Below, one piece after another: positions 1-12,445 of a stretch of 64,000 bases of DNA; position 1 is the first letter of the stretch; every line of letters starts with the position of its first letter. Source of the stretch: Octopus vulgaris (Eukaryota); the NCBI GenBank assembly GCA_951406725.2, contig OX597823.1, forward strand, positions 87,854,001-87,918,000, read 5' to 3'. The notes beneath the pieces were generated by a model. It saw only the letters and a list, made by a program, of their open reading frames with translations, did no database searches and was not told where the DNA came from. The position numbers were made by a program, and so were the translations under genes.

Positions 1-117
1 TGGTGGTGGGGGACGTTTTTTGGGGTAGGTTGGTAATAGAAGATAAACAGGGCACAAGCTATTGTTCTTAGAGGAGTGGTCAAAAGGCCAGAGTGTTTTT
101 GAAATGAGAAGAATCAG

Positions 118-181
118 TGAGAAAATAAATAAATGAATAAATAGAATAAATGAATAGAAACAGATATATGGGATGGGATTT
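118..181 (-). repeat. Inverted copy of the PLE 3' terminal region (pairs with 2814-2877)
   Basis: Reverse complement of 118-181 matches 2814-2877 at 63/64 nt. Confidence 0.9.
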
Positions 182-199
182 ATCCTTTACACTTTTTTT

Positions 200-1150
200 A
201 AAAACTTAGGCCTTAGGATTAGATTCGAACTTAACCAAAGCTAACTTCCTTGACGTTACCCTCGATTTAGAAACCTCCCTTTATTACCCGTACCATAAAC
301 CTAATGAATCCCTTAGATACATAGACATTTTGACCACCCCAAAAATATATTAGACAACCTAGTGAAAAGTGTCTCCATTAGGATATCTAGCCTCTCTGCC
401 ACCGAGGTTATCTTTAATGCCGCAGCCCCCTATTACAACGAAGCCCTGGCCCGCAGTGGCTTTAGATCACCTACATTAGCATAGCCCCACGCCCACCCAA
501 GAATAATAGGCGAAGACACATTAGCTGGTACAACACCCCCCTTCAACCGTGAAGTTTCAACACCTGTAGCTAAAATTTTCTTCACTCTCTTACAAAAACA
601 CTTCCCCACCCAACATAAGTACTATACAATCCTTAATAAGAACACCCTTAGACTCTCCTACTCCACCACACCCAATCTAGCTAGAAATAAATCTACTTTT
701 TTCGAAGCCCATCCAGCATCCGACAGCAACTGCAATTGCAACTTCCCTGATAAGACTACTTGCCCCCTCAACAACAACTGCCTACAGAAAGATCTCGTCT
801 ACATATGCGATGTACGATCAGGCCCCGATGATAAAAGAAAATCGTACATCGGAATGACCTCAAATAGTTTTAAGAATCGCTGGTACGCCCACACACATTC
901 GTTCCGGAGACCTGACAAATCTAACCAGACTACTCTCGCCGCCCATATCTGGCACCTTAAAAGGAACTCCATCCCCTTCAAGATCAAGTGGAGACTACTC
1001 CAGAGAGCGCGCTCTTAAACGGGAGGCCATACTTACTGTGACCTTTGCATTTCTGAGAGCTTGGAGATCTTATTCGCCAAAGGCCCTCTCCTCAACAAGA
1101 TCTCGGAACACTCCCCAAACTGTATGCACAAAATCTATGCAAACTACAAA
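200..1150 (+). pseudogene. Penelope-like retroelement ORF remnant: RT thumb, Cys-rich linker and GIY-YIG endonuclease (frameshifted)
   Basis: Manual translation gives ANFLDVTLDL..YYPYHKPN, DHPKNILDNLVKSVSIRISSLS..FNAAAPYYNEALARSGF, RRRHISWYN, CNCNFPDKTTCPLNNNCL, LVYICDV..KSYIGMTSNSFKNRWYAH (GIY-YIG) and CDLCISE. Frameshifts near 330 and 535; in-frame stop near 1016. Confidence 0.9.
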
Positions 1151-1269
1151 AATTGCAGACCCACCCGGCCACCCGATTGACGACACCCCACCCACAAACA
1201 AACCCCCCCACCCCCGCTCCCACCAAACCACCGTTCCTTCATCACCCCAATTACCTTCTCTCCTAAGAC

Positions 1270-1312
<43 letters not shown>

Positions 1313-1447
1313 GTATATGTGCACATATATGTATATAAGTGCGTATATATGTATGTGTGCATATGTATATGTACATATGTATGTGTATGCGTATATATAT
1401 ATATATATGTGTATGTGTATATATGTGCATATGTATGTATGCGCGTG

Positions 1448-1480
<33 letters not shown>

Positions 1481-2353
1481 GTATATATATATATGTATAT
1501 ATATGTATATATATATATGTATATATATGTATATATATATATGTGTATATGTATATATACATATGTTTCTATGTGTGTGTATGTATTTATGTATGTGTGT
1601 ACATGTGTATATATTTATATGTATGTATATGTTTATGTATGTATATGTATATATGCATATATGTGTATTTATATGTGTGTATGTATGTATGTATATGTGT
1701 ATATGTGTATATATATGTGCATGTATGTATATATGTATATGTGTGTGTGTGTGTATGTGTATATGCATGTATATATTTATGTATGCGTATGTGTATTTAT
1801 ATATACATGTGTATTTGTATATAAATGTATGTGTGTATGCATGTATATTTGTGTATGGATGTATGTATATATATATATAATATTATATAAATTAGAGACA
1901 AAACCACTATTAGGCAAATCAAACAATTTATTAATATTTATTATTATATATAAATATATATATATATATATGGACATGTAGATTTATGTATGTGTATATA
2001 TATATATATGTATATATGTATATATATATATATGTGTGTGTACGTGTATGTATGTGTATGTATGTGCATGTATGTATATATGTGTGTATGTATGTATATG
2101 CATGTGTGTATTTATATATGTGTATTTATATATGCATATATGTATTTATATGCGTATGTATACTTATATATGCGTATATATATTTATATACACATGTTTT
2201 TATATGTGCATATGTGTTTATTTATGCGTGTATATATTTATGTGTGTGTTTGTGTGTACATATGTATAATTATGTATGTGTTTATATATGCATAATTATA
2301 TATGTTTATATGTACGTAGGTATATTTATGTATGTATACTTATGTGTATTTGC

Positions 2354-2384
<31 letters not shown>

Positions 2385-2501
2385 CATACATATATATATA
2401 TGCGTGTGTGTGTGTATGTAGGTGTATGTATGTATATGTATGTGTATGTATATATATGTATATGTATGTGTATGTGTATATATATATATATATGTGCATG
2501 T

Positions 2502-2533
<32 letters not shown>

Positions 2534-2735
2534 ATGTATATATATATGTGCATATGTATGTGTATGTATATATATATATGTGCATATGTATGTGTATATA
2601 TATATGTGCGTATGTATGTGTATGTATATATATATGTGCGTATGTATGTGTATGTATATATATGTGTGCGTATGTATGTATACATATGTATATTCGCATG
2701 TGTATGTATGTGTGTTTGTATGTATATTTATCTAT
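1270..2735. repeat. Compound (TA)n/(TG)n/(TATG)n microsatellite inside the PLE
   Basis: Visible directly; short unique island at about 1880-1950. Confidence 0.95.
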
Positions 2736-2880
2736 TTATTCCCTCCACCTAACAATAACAAACTACCTACCTCTTCTTGACCACCAAAAAGCAATTGTCT
2801 TCTAATTTACCTAAAATCCCATCCCATATATCTGTTTCTATTCATTTATTCTATTTATACATTTATTTATTTTCTCAGCC

Positions 2881-2931
2881 AGCTTCCTGAAGATTTCATC
2901 TGAATGAAACAGTTCTAGTCCTGTAGAAGCT
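2881..2931 (+). ncRNA. Type I hammerhead ribozyme in the PLE 3' terminal repeat
   Basis: Stem I AGCTTC/GAAGCT; core CTGAAGA; stem II TTCA/TGAA; GAAA; stem III CAG..CTG around a CTAG palindrome; cleavage triplet GTA. Confidence 0.8.
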
Positions 2932-3014
2932 CCTTCTATAAAATAAATTACTTTACTCTGCTATGTATTGAGTACCTTATTTATTGTGGTTAACCCCGAC
3001 TCAACCCGGGACCT

Positions 3015-3073
<59 letters not shown>

Positions 3074-3534
3074 GCTTGTTTATGGGAAACGTTTTGAATG
3101 TGCAAATAAAGCTCCTATTCTCTTATGCCGGCCACAGTGTGACGATGCTGACTGGCGGATCAGTTTTTTGGGGTTGCATCGAACTGTACCAATAGGAAAA
3201 ATATAACAGCAATAACAATATTTTTTGCATTATTGCTATTATCCTTCATACTGATAAAAAAAGGTTAAACATCTCTCCGTTATGCATCCATTAATGTTAT
3301 ATTGCCTGGATATATGAATCAATGAAGATGATCCACCCGATGTCCACGCATGCTATGCACAACACCGTAATTACCATAGGAATACGGACTGCGATCTTAA
3401 GAGATATGTGACTTGTGGAAATGTGTGTAACGATTCATTAAAATATTTATAAATTCCACCCACGGTTTATTGTTATTATAAACATATATTATTAACTACT
3501 TCATCGCCCTTTTCTTTTTCTTCTTATATATATA

Positions 3535-3885
3535 ATGCTTAGCGTATTTCGTCTGCCGTTACGTTCTGAGTTCAAATTCCGCCGAGGTCGACTTTGCCTT
3601 TCATTCTTTCGGGGTCGATAAATTAAGTACCAGTTATGCACTGAAGTCGATATAATCGACTTAACCCGTTTATCTGTCCTTGCGTGTCCTTTCTGTATTT
3701 AGCCCCTTGTGGGTAGTAAAGAAATAGGTATTTCGTCTGTTTACCGTTCTGGGTACAAATTCCACCGAGGTTAACTTTGGGCTTCATCCTTTCGGAACGA
3801 TAAAGTACCATTTGAGTACTGGGTCGATGTAATTGACTGTCCCCAACCCCATACCTTAAGACCTTGTGATTATAGTAGAAAAGAT
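3535..3885 (+). mobile_element. Tandem pair of tRNA-derived SINEs (family A)
   Basis: B-box-like GAGTTCAAATTCC followed by core GGTCGACTTTGCCTTTCATxCTTTCGGGGTCGATAAA..AGTACCAG, present twice; the same core recurs across the window. Confidence 0.85.
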
Positions 3886-3909
3886 CACACACACACACAC
3901 ACACACAAA

Positions 3910-4805
3910 CGTGGTCTGATCAATAAGTATCCGGACTCTTCCCATAATAACAATGCTGAACGCAGTGTAAATCTGCTAGGTACAGATTGACATTGAAATC
4001 TGTAGTGCATGCGTACTAAGTTTTAACGTTGTAGCTCACTTCTCTTGTTTACACAGTACTTCGAAGGAAGGTGTGTAGTGTGTGCTCTTGCATTGAACAT
4101 AACAAAGAAAGTTGAGCAGAGAATTTGCATAAAACTTTGCCAAAATCTTTGCGTTACCTGCTCAGAGGCGTACGCTAATTTTGAAAACGTTTTCATCGTT
4201 TTTGATGCAATGAAAGAGATCTTGTTCAACTTAAATCAGTGTCTTTTTGGTCAGCTGAAAGGCGTTCTGGCACGAACTTGGCAGACACGCGTCTCATAAC
4301 CAATTCGTCAGTGATAATTGACTAAACTGAACTAATCTGTACTTATCTGAACTGAACTAATCTGTACATCATCTGATAACTCATAGATGGTGATTCGACG
4401 ATTTCCCCTCACAGTTGCATGCAGATCAGCGATGTTTTTCTCAGTTCTGCTAGTTGAAGAGCTCTCAGGACGTTCGAGAACATCAACATTTTTTCGGTCA
4501 TCTTGGAAACATCTAAACCGCTCATACACTTGTGTGCAGCTTATACTCTCCTCTCCATGCATTTTTTGCAACGTTGTGTAGGCATCTGAGCAAGTATCAC
4601 TATGACAACTTTCTCTGTCATGGTCAATGCAACGATCACACCCTATACACGTTATTTCGAAGTACTGCTGTAAAGAGTGGAAGTGAGCCAGAAAGTTAAA
4701 AGTTAATGCGTATACTCAGCAGTGTTCACGATCAATATGTACCAAACGGCTACACTATGCATGTTACTATCGCAACAGTACAGATAATTGTTGATCAGTT
4801 CATCC
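3910..4805. mobile_element. Mariner relic made of two inward-facing 5' ends
   Basis: Plus strand: TIR-like CGTGGTCTGATCAATAAGTATCCGGACT, then TKKVEQRICIKLCQ. Minus strand: degenerate TIR at 4777-4805, then HGEESISCTQVYERFRCFQDDR..ERPESSSTSRT..NRRITIYELS and MRRVSAKFVP (mariner HTH and linker motifs). Confidence 0.85.
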
Positions 4806-4824
4806 TAAGATGTCTTGACATCGC

Positions 4825-5820
4825 CTACAAGTCTAGTAAGATGGAACGGCTCAGAGAATGATATATGCAAATGCATAATGGTGTGATGTCTAATTTCATT
4901 GCTTTAGAGATTCCATTATTTTTAAGTTTCACAGGGTAATTTTGTTCTTGTAAGAAGTTTTTGAGTTCATCAAGTCTATTTTGGTGTATTTGTGGGTAAG
5001 CTACTATTGTGCAGATGCTTCTTCTCATACTGTATAGGATGTTCCTTTTGATGTGTGAGAGGTGGCAAGAGTAGAAATTTAAATGTTGGTGTGTGTCTAC
5101 CTTTTTGTAAAATATGTCTGTTGTTACAGTGAAGTTGCGTATTTTAATGTAAATATCTAGGAATGGTAGTTGATTGTAGCCGGTTTCTGCTGGGAATTTG
5201 ATAGATGGGTGCAGTGTGTTAAGGGTGTTGCGAAATGTTCGTAGATCGCATTTACGTCTATTCCCCAAAATGAAGCAGTCATCGATGTAGCGCTTCCAAT
5301 TCTTCGTTTTCCTTGAAGTTGTGATCAAAGATTTTTCCTACTTCCTCGTAAAGTCTACCTTCTAGGTAACCCATGACTAGATTGGCACACGATGATGCAA
5401 AGTTTGCACCCACAGCCATGCTCCTTAGCTATCGGTATATCATATTATAAAATCTGAAAGTGTTTTCTTCTAGTAATAGATGAGTGGCTTTGGTATTGAT
5501 GTCTGTTTTGAAATGTTCATCTATACATCTTCTGTGTTTATCTAGTGTTTGACCGCTTCCAGGCCTTAGGTATAAGGCATGTTGGTGTAGAAGTTAGTGA
5601 CACCAAAACCTTCAAGTATAGTACCTTCCAAACCAGTAGTTGCAATGTGTTTCAGAAAGTCCATGCCGTTCCATATATAGCTTGGTATTAACGAGTTTGA
5701 GGAGTATGTCGAACAGGCGACTCAGTTTTGGGGCTGAGGCTTGGGACCCAGCAACTATCCGTCTTATTTTGAGGTTTGTTAGTCTTTGTACTTTACGTAT
5801 TGACTCCTATGCTCATTTAT
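4825..5820 (-). pseudogene. Second Penelope-like reverse transcriptase remnant (different family from the first)
   Basis: ORF 4825-5328 contains WKRYIDDCF, LHPSIKF, LPFLDI and HLNFYSCHLSHIKRNI. Upstream frames give AMAVGANFASSCANLVMGYLE and IVAGSQAS..LSRLFDILL. Confidence 0.9.
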
Positions 5821-5827
5821 GGCCTTC

Positions 5828-6344
5828 TAGACTGTCATCGACTTTTCATTAAAGTCTCTTCGTGGCAACAATCCCGTGTATGCGAAATGCTACCAATAAA
5901 TTGGAGTAAATTAATGACTTGAACGCTATTAGAATATACTCTTTACTGAAGAAAGTTAACAACATCTGGTTTTTCAATTAATAACCTTGACCAATTAAAA
6001 TACAAAAATTATTTTTCCTTCCCTACCCTAAAAGTCCAGTCTGACCGTACCAATACAAAAGCCACGCCTCTTTACCTTCCCCTTCCCAAACATTTTTCTC
6101 CTTTCTTATCCCTTGCTTGGCAAACCTCACAAATATATATATAAAGGTCGAGAAACATTACTTGAAACCACTGTTTGAGAAACCGGATAACGGAAGAAAC
6201 TGCTAAAAGTGTAAATAAAATATGTATAATCATCCAGCATTCTGACTACCTTATTAGTCTGAATATACAATATCTGTACATCACTTCAAAAACTCTTTAT
6301 CTCTCTCTCTCTCTCCCTCTCTTTCCCATATATATACACATATA

Positions 6345-6419
<75 letters not shown>

Positions 6420-7309
6420 TATGGATGGAATTCTCAATAATTATTGACTACCAAGTTCCATACAAAATATATCGGGTAAACCAACGACATTTTAAAATTA
6501 TTTGCGTCACAAGCTGCGCGGTGGAATCGTTCTCGGAACGACAGATTTGCAAAGCAAACGTTTTAACTACAGTTATCAACGTCTTCCTCCCCATTCCGTC
6601 TTCATTTTACATAGACGTTAAATGCATAAATAATATCACTATTCGTGAAAGAAAAAAAATCTTATGAAAATATTATTTTAATGTCGAATTTCTCCCTCAA
6701 AAATAAAAAGAAAGATACTGTTATCATTCTCCATATGTTGGTAAAATGTCTGAATTTTTTGCAATTTGTGTATTTATTCATATACTTCATAACATTCTAA
6801 TCTGTTAAGTTAGACACTAAAATATAGCGACATTATCTGTGAATATGAAAAAAGTAGAAAAAATATTCTAAAATCAATAAGTTTTTCATCTTTCCTAACA
6901 TATTTCTTACCAATTCCTCTTTCCGTCGTAATTTTATTTACTTTAAAAGATAAAAGAATAGATTGAAATTCCTTGAGATATACTTTCTGATTATGTTGAC
7001 TTTAATAGTCAAAGTCTATTTTGTGTTAGTACTAGTTTCACTTTTAATATTAATTTGTATTCAGATATGGTGATTAATTTCTAAAGAGAAGAAAATAAAT
7101 TACATATTAGTGTAAAATTATTAAGAAACCAATAATAAATCTAATACTGAAAGAGCAGATCCCAACATAATCTAAAGACATTATATAACTTTACCGCAGT
7201 AATAGACTGTCATCGACTTTTCATTAAAGTTTCCTCGTGGCAACAAACCCGTGTATGCGAAATGCTACCATTAACTATATTCGGAACAAATTAATGACTT
7301 GAACGCTAT
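5828..7309 (+). repeat. About 100-bp direct duplication (5828-5929 and 7203-7309)
   Basis: Both copies read TAGACTGTCATCGACTTTTCATTAAAGT..CGTGGCAACAA.CCCGTGTATGCGAAATGCTACCA..AAATTAATGACTTGAACGCTAT. Confidence 0.9.
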
Positions 7310-9109
7310 CAATATGCAGCAATATTATTTTCTGAAAGACATTAAAGTTTATGGACGTATTAACAGGAAAATGAAGTAGACCGATATTTTAGCGTTATAA
7401 TTGGGTAGTAACACTGTATAGAGTGGAGTTAATGACGCATAGTACAATTAGTCACTGGCTTGCATTTAGTTTGGGAAATTTTATAGTGTCCACGGCCAAG
7501 ACGCTTAACACCTAGGTGACCTGATATGTACGAAGGCAGGAGCAATCCCAAATCGTAAGTTGTATTAGTTCTAAACCTACTAGAGAAAGGATTTAAAGTG
7601 GTAGCGAAAGCAGTTTCATTTTTAAACAGAGAGTTAGTGTGTCTACTAATCTATATAGGAAGCCATGTCTTAATTATTTTCTCTCGAGCCTTAGGATTAA
7701 TAAAGTCATAACTCGGTTTCAGTGACGTATAAGTGATCGAAACCACATTTCCACCGAACAGGATGCCGATCTGTTGCATGGTTCAAAGACAGTAATTTAA
7801 AGTTGCGGGATGAGAGGAATTACATCGAACACAGGATTTGACTGCTACTTTATTTTACTAACCCTGAAGAGACGAAAGGTAAAGTTTCATGATGAGCTGA
7901 GAACATACGTTGCCTGAGTAAAAGCACTAAGCATTTTATCTCACGGACTAAAATTGCTGGCGGCGCATCGTCTGCTTTGATTAATTATTGCGTGTTTAAT
8001 ACATAATGTATTATGAAAGAAAGCATTGAAGAAGACTTATTAAAATTATAACGCAGGAAAAGAAACGAAGAATTTAGTTTAAACCATGTGCAAATGCATC
8101 AGTAAAATATATTAAGTCGTATGACTGAGACGTGGTTGTCTAAATTTTCATATTAAATATATTGGATGAACACTAGTGGTTTATTCACAAACTTCAGTCT
8201 AAGTGATACTGTACTATTTTCTTCAATAATTTTGCAGTTTATATTTCCACACGATAATCAGGATATTTTCTTTGAAAATTTCCTTGAGAAGTTTTTGTTT
8301 GATAATTTCATATGGAATAAGTTAGATTTCCAATCATAATATAGAATTATATTTTCTGTGCTGCAAGATAATGGTAACATTACCGTTTCAAACGCACTAT
8401 CAAGTTATATATTGAATTTAACGGTAATAAATTCCTCAGCGACTATATTATTAGTTTTCTTATCAACAAAGTTTATGGTAACGTGCAGTCTTGTATTGAC
8501 GACTTGACCTATATCATAAACTAAAATGTGATAAATAAACCAATGGTATGATTAAAAATACGCAAGAAATAGCAGCTACATTTCCATTGATCTGTATCCT
8601 AAAGTTTTAAAAACTACAAGCGACATATTTTACACTCTAGGCTTAGGTGAACTAACATCGTGATATACATTATGGGAATGTCTTTGATTAGTTCTGCGCC
8701 TCGTGTTAGTTAATACACAGCAATTGCAAACAATGCTATTCTCTAAATATGACCTACCTTTGATGCTTGGTATGGGTTTGATTGGGAATTGAATGTTAAA
8801 TCGAAATTTTATTTTACTTTCCACAATTCAAGTAAGAAAAATATTTCGATGGAAAGGAATATGTTTCGAAAGGAAACACCTAAACAAATTGATATAATTG
8901 TGTATAACTGTATGTATGTTACAAGAACTGGACACTGGCCTGTACTGGGATAACAATGATGTCTAAAGGCTTATTCTTGCTTCCATAGAGGTTAGATCAA
9001 TCACTTCGTACTAAATCCTAATGACAAAAAGGCAATAATAACATGAAACGATTTTCTAAAACATTTACAAAACTCCTGCATATAAACTTACACACACATA
9101 AGTATACAG

Positions 9110-9161
<52 letters not shown>

Positions 9162-9295
9162 CTATATGTGTATACATGTATACACATATATGTATGCGTG
9201 TGTGTGTGAGAGAGAGAGAGAGTCAGTGAGTGTATTAGTGAGTATATATTCATAATTTGTATTATGTGAAGCTGAATAATGAAAACATGACCATT

Positions 9296-9570
9296 ATCAC
9301 ATACTGTATATGTTTTGTTAAATGCTTTTAACTGCGGTATTTCGTCTAAATGAGATACGTTTAGTGACGTATAGTATTATAAAACGCGGCACACTTCAAA
9401 GCTACAGGAAGACAATGAACAGAAATCTAGGTGAAATGAAGGCGGCTTCGTTTCATCTAGCTTTGAAATAAACGGCGTTATTGTTAACAATATACGTATT
9501 AAAAAGGACCTCCCTTAGACAAAATACCGCAGTCATAAACGTTTAACGGCACACTTATTAAGTATATGAT
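9296..9570. repeat. Degenerate fold-back (long inverted repeat)
   Basis: TGTTAAATG..ACTGCGGTATTTCGTCTAA (9316-9349) versus TTAGACAAAATACCGCAGT..CGTTTAACG (9515-9548); inner TTCAAAGCTA/TAGCTTTGAA; inner hairpin CTAGGTGAAATGAAG/CTTCGTTTCATCTAG. Confidence 0.75.
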
Positions 9571-9625
9571 ATATGAATATATATATATATATAAATATAT
9601 GTATATATTCATACGTGTGTGTATG

Positions 9626-9664
<39 letters not shown>

Positions 9665-10064
9665 TCCGTAGCTTACAAGAATATCTAGTACTCTCCCACT
9701 TCTTTCTATTTTTAGGACATATAATGCGTATTTTCTTTTATTCCATCTCTATAATAGAAATGAAGGGTAGTACACTAAAAATACTACCTGATATTTTCGT
9801 GCACACTGCTTATAATTATAACAAATCTGTATATCACCTATATTGTATTTGTATTAATACTTAACATCCTACCCTATATTCCTTTACCAGGAAAAAAGCT
9901 TTTGCACATGAAACTACCATTCTAGTTATTAGACGTAATCATCTCAGTTCAAATCAAATTCTCCCTTCCCCAATAACCACCATCTTCTGCTTTACATGGT
10001 CCTATCCCCGCTTTACTTCGAGTCTTAATTTTTATCAGGGGTAAGCTGCTCTCATATCTGTACT

Positions 10065-10378
10065 TGTTTGTTGTTGTTTGTTCCTTCAGGAGCCATGCCT
10101 GGCTCATAAGGTTCGGTTTCCTGGTTTCATTGGCATATAGGATCCCCCACCTGGACGGGACTCCGGTCCATCGCAGGTGAGCTGCAAGATGCAGGAGAAA
10201 AGAATGAGAGAAAGTTGCGGCGAAAGAGTCAGCAGAATTTCGCCATTACCTTCTGCCGGAACCGCGTGGAGCTTAGATGTTTCTCTCATAAACACACACA
10301 GCACCCGGTTTGAGATTCGAAACCGCGATCCCGCGACTGAGTGTCGGCTGCTCTAACCAGTAGTCCATGTGTCTCCAT
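10065..10378 (-). mobile_element. tRNA-derived SINE
   Basis: Minus-strand tRNA-like head (TGGTTAGAGCAGC..GGTTTCGAATCTC), internal TCCCGTCCAGG motif shared with the 11755 copy, simple-repeat tail. Confidence 0.8.
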
Positions 10379-11091
10379 GATAGCTGTACTTAATTGCCTC
10401 CTATTCCTTTGTCTGAACTTCACTTCAAGCTATTCATCTCTATAAAACGAATAACAGTAAAACAAACAAAATATAAATATATTATTACCTATTCTTCATC
10501 TTTCGTTGTTGACAACGAACCACTTAATTGTCTCGAACTTGACCGACCACTAGCTAGGTTACTGGCCATAAATCTCATCTCACCCCCTCTCACTAAATTC
10601 CTAATACACTCCTACCTCTTTAATGGTTCTGCTCCGGCTGGTGAATAGAGACGTTGTCTCTGCACGCATAGATTGTCCTATTATTTTGAAATTATATAGA
10701 CCATCTGTGGAATACGGTACTTCTACTATGATATTGCATAAGAAACAGCTGTAATGGAATGACATTCATCCAACATCTCTTATTTTTTCTTTGCCAAATG
10801 GATTCACGATCTGTCGGACTTCCAAGAGTATACCAAACTCTGTGTAATCTACACAATGCTCAATTTGGGCCATCCCCTATCGTTAAACGCTTGTAGCGGT
10901 GGATTTTCTCTCTGTGTGCACAGTTTAAATATCTCACTGGATTATTTCAGGACCCAGTATATTCATCTGAATAAAGGTGGTGCTTATTGGCTAAATCAAT
11001 CCAACCTGGTGCATACCATTTAAGTACCCGTCTCTCTCCAGTATGCTTTATATTGTTATATAAATACACACATGTGTGTGTTTGTGTGTGC

Positions 11092-11136
<45 letters not shown>

Positions 11137-11137
<1 letters not shown>

Positions 11138-11245
11138 GTAAATGTAATACGTGACAATTATTCGGTAGCCAAGATAAAACTCCGAGTTTCGGATGCCGAA
11201 GTGGAAATCCACGCCACCAGCTATCCGTCCATCGGAAAAACGCTG
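11137..11245 (-). mobile_element. Partial copy of the hammerhead-bearing element at 56867-57143
   Basis: About 80 nt nearly identical to 56867-56947; flanked by (TA)n and (TATG)n; the CUGANGA half is missing. Confidence 0.85.
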
Positions 11246-11257
11246 TATGTATGTATG

Positions 11258-11288
<31 letters not shown>

Positions 11289-11348
11289 CATGTTACAATT
11301 ATAAACAGGGCTAATTGTTTGCCATTTCTCCACAGACTGTGAAATTGT

Positions 11349-11402
11349 TGAACAGCCTTAATCGATTTTCGAACCTTATCGAGTCCTCATCAGAGACGTC
11401 CA
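11349..11402 (-). ncRNA. Type I hammerhead ribozyme
   Basis: Minus strand: TGGACGTCT-CTGATGA-GGAC(tcgataag)GTTC-GAAA-ATCGAT-TA-AGGCTGTTCA. Palindromic stem III; stem I extends through AGACTGT/ACAGTCT (11334-11419). Confidence 0.8.
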
Positions 11403-11754
11403 TATCATTCTGACAGTCTCCAGATATATAGTAGTATATTATTTCTTCTCATTAATGAAAAATTCCAGAAAGGCTCTCTTTAGACGCGTATTCTTTTGCA
11501 TGATTCTGAGAAAAATACATTTCTCGCTTTTTAACCTGTTACGGTACAGGACATTATCGATGATGCAAGCTGTGATGAAGATATTTACTGCACTTCCACA
11601 TATATTGTCTATTGTGATATTTCTATTTTAAAAGGATAAGAGTTTGGCAATTTGCTTGTAATTTCTAAGTGGAGAGAAAACTGAAAAAGGTTTAGACAAC
11701 CTTGCTGAAAACAGATTTTATTTCTCAATATTTTCCTCAATTACTAGCGATAAG

Positions 11755-11997
11755 TGGAGGGGTATGGTTTAGTGGTTAGGATGTGCGATTCATGATCGTA
11801 AAATTGTGGTTTCGATTCCTGGACCGAGCAGTGCGTTGTGTTCTTGAGCAAAACACTTAATTTCCCATTATTCCAGTTCTCTCAGCAGGCAAAAATGAAT
11901 AAACTTATGGCAGAATGTCGTCCCGTCCAGGAATGTATACATCATGGAAACTGGAAAAATGATGCTATAAGTATAAAGGACTCGGGAAGGAACTTTA
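11755..11997 (+). mobile_element. tRNA-derived SINE with CORE-like centre
   Basis: Head TGGTTTAGTGGTTAG..GGTTTCGATTCCTGG, then TTGTGTTCTTGAGCAAAACACTT. Confidence 0.8.
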
Positions 11998-12101
11998 CCC
12001 CCCTAGAAATATAGTAGGAAAGCATGTATTTTTTCTTCAATATATTTAGAAATTACGTTCTGGAAATATGGATTCACCTTATTAGAGAAAACAAATTAAA
12101 A

Positions 12102-12445
12102 AATTTCAGCGTGGAAGGTGTTTATAAGCCATTTAAGAAACACACAAAACCGTTAGATTCACTTCAACATTTAAATTTAATTTGTCAAAATATTTTCGTC
12201 GCTTTGAGACCGCGACCTGTTCACTGACAAAGCTTCGTGCTGTATCACTGCTTTGTCATTGAACAGGTCGCGGTCTCAAAGCGACGAAAATATTTTGACA
12301 AATTCAATTTTAATATTGAAGTAATTCTAACGGTTTTGTGTGTTTCTTAAATGGCTTATAAACACCTTCCACGCTGTAATTGGTTTCGTTCCAGCACACG
12401 ATCTCAGAGCAAGTCACTCGCTATGCAAGCACATCTCCGTAATTA
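12102..12445. mobile_element. Fold-back element with about 130-bp arms, each containing a hammerhead-like fold with a variant core
   Basis: Arms 12102-12233 and 12250-12381 are near-perfect reverse complements around a 16-nt loop; a unique tail runs to about 12445. Confidence 0.9.
12180..12231 (-). ncRNA. Hammerhead ribozyme variant with G3-C8 core
   Basis: Minus strand: TTTGTCA-GTGAACA-G-GTCGC(ggtctcaaa)GCGAC-GAAA-ATAT-TT-TGACAAA. Confidence 0.65.

Noticed and set aside
7860-7885. CTGAAGA-GAC-GAAA as a hammerhead
   Set aside because: It is a mutated piece of the family-A SINE core (GACCCTGAAAGGATGAAAGG); stems II and III are absent.
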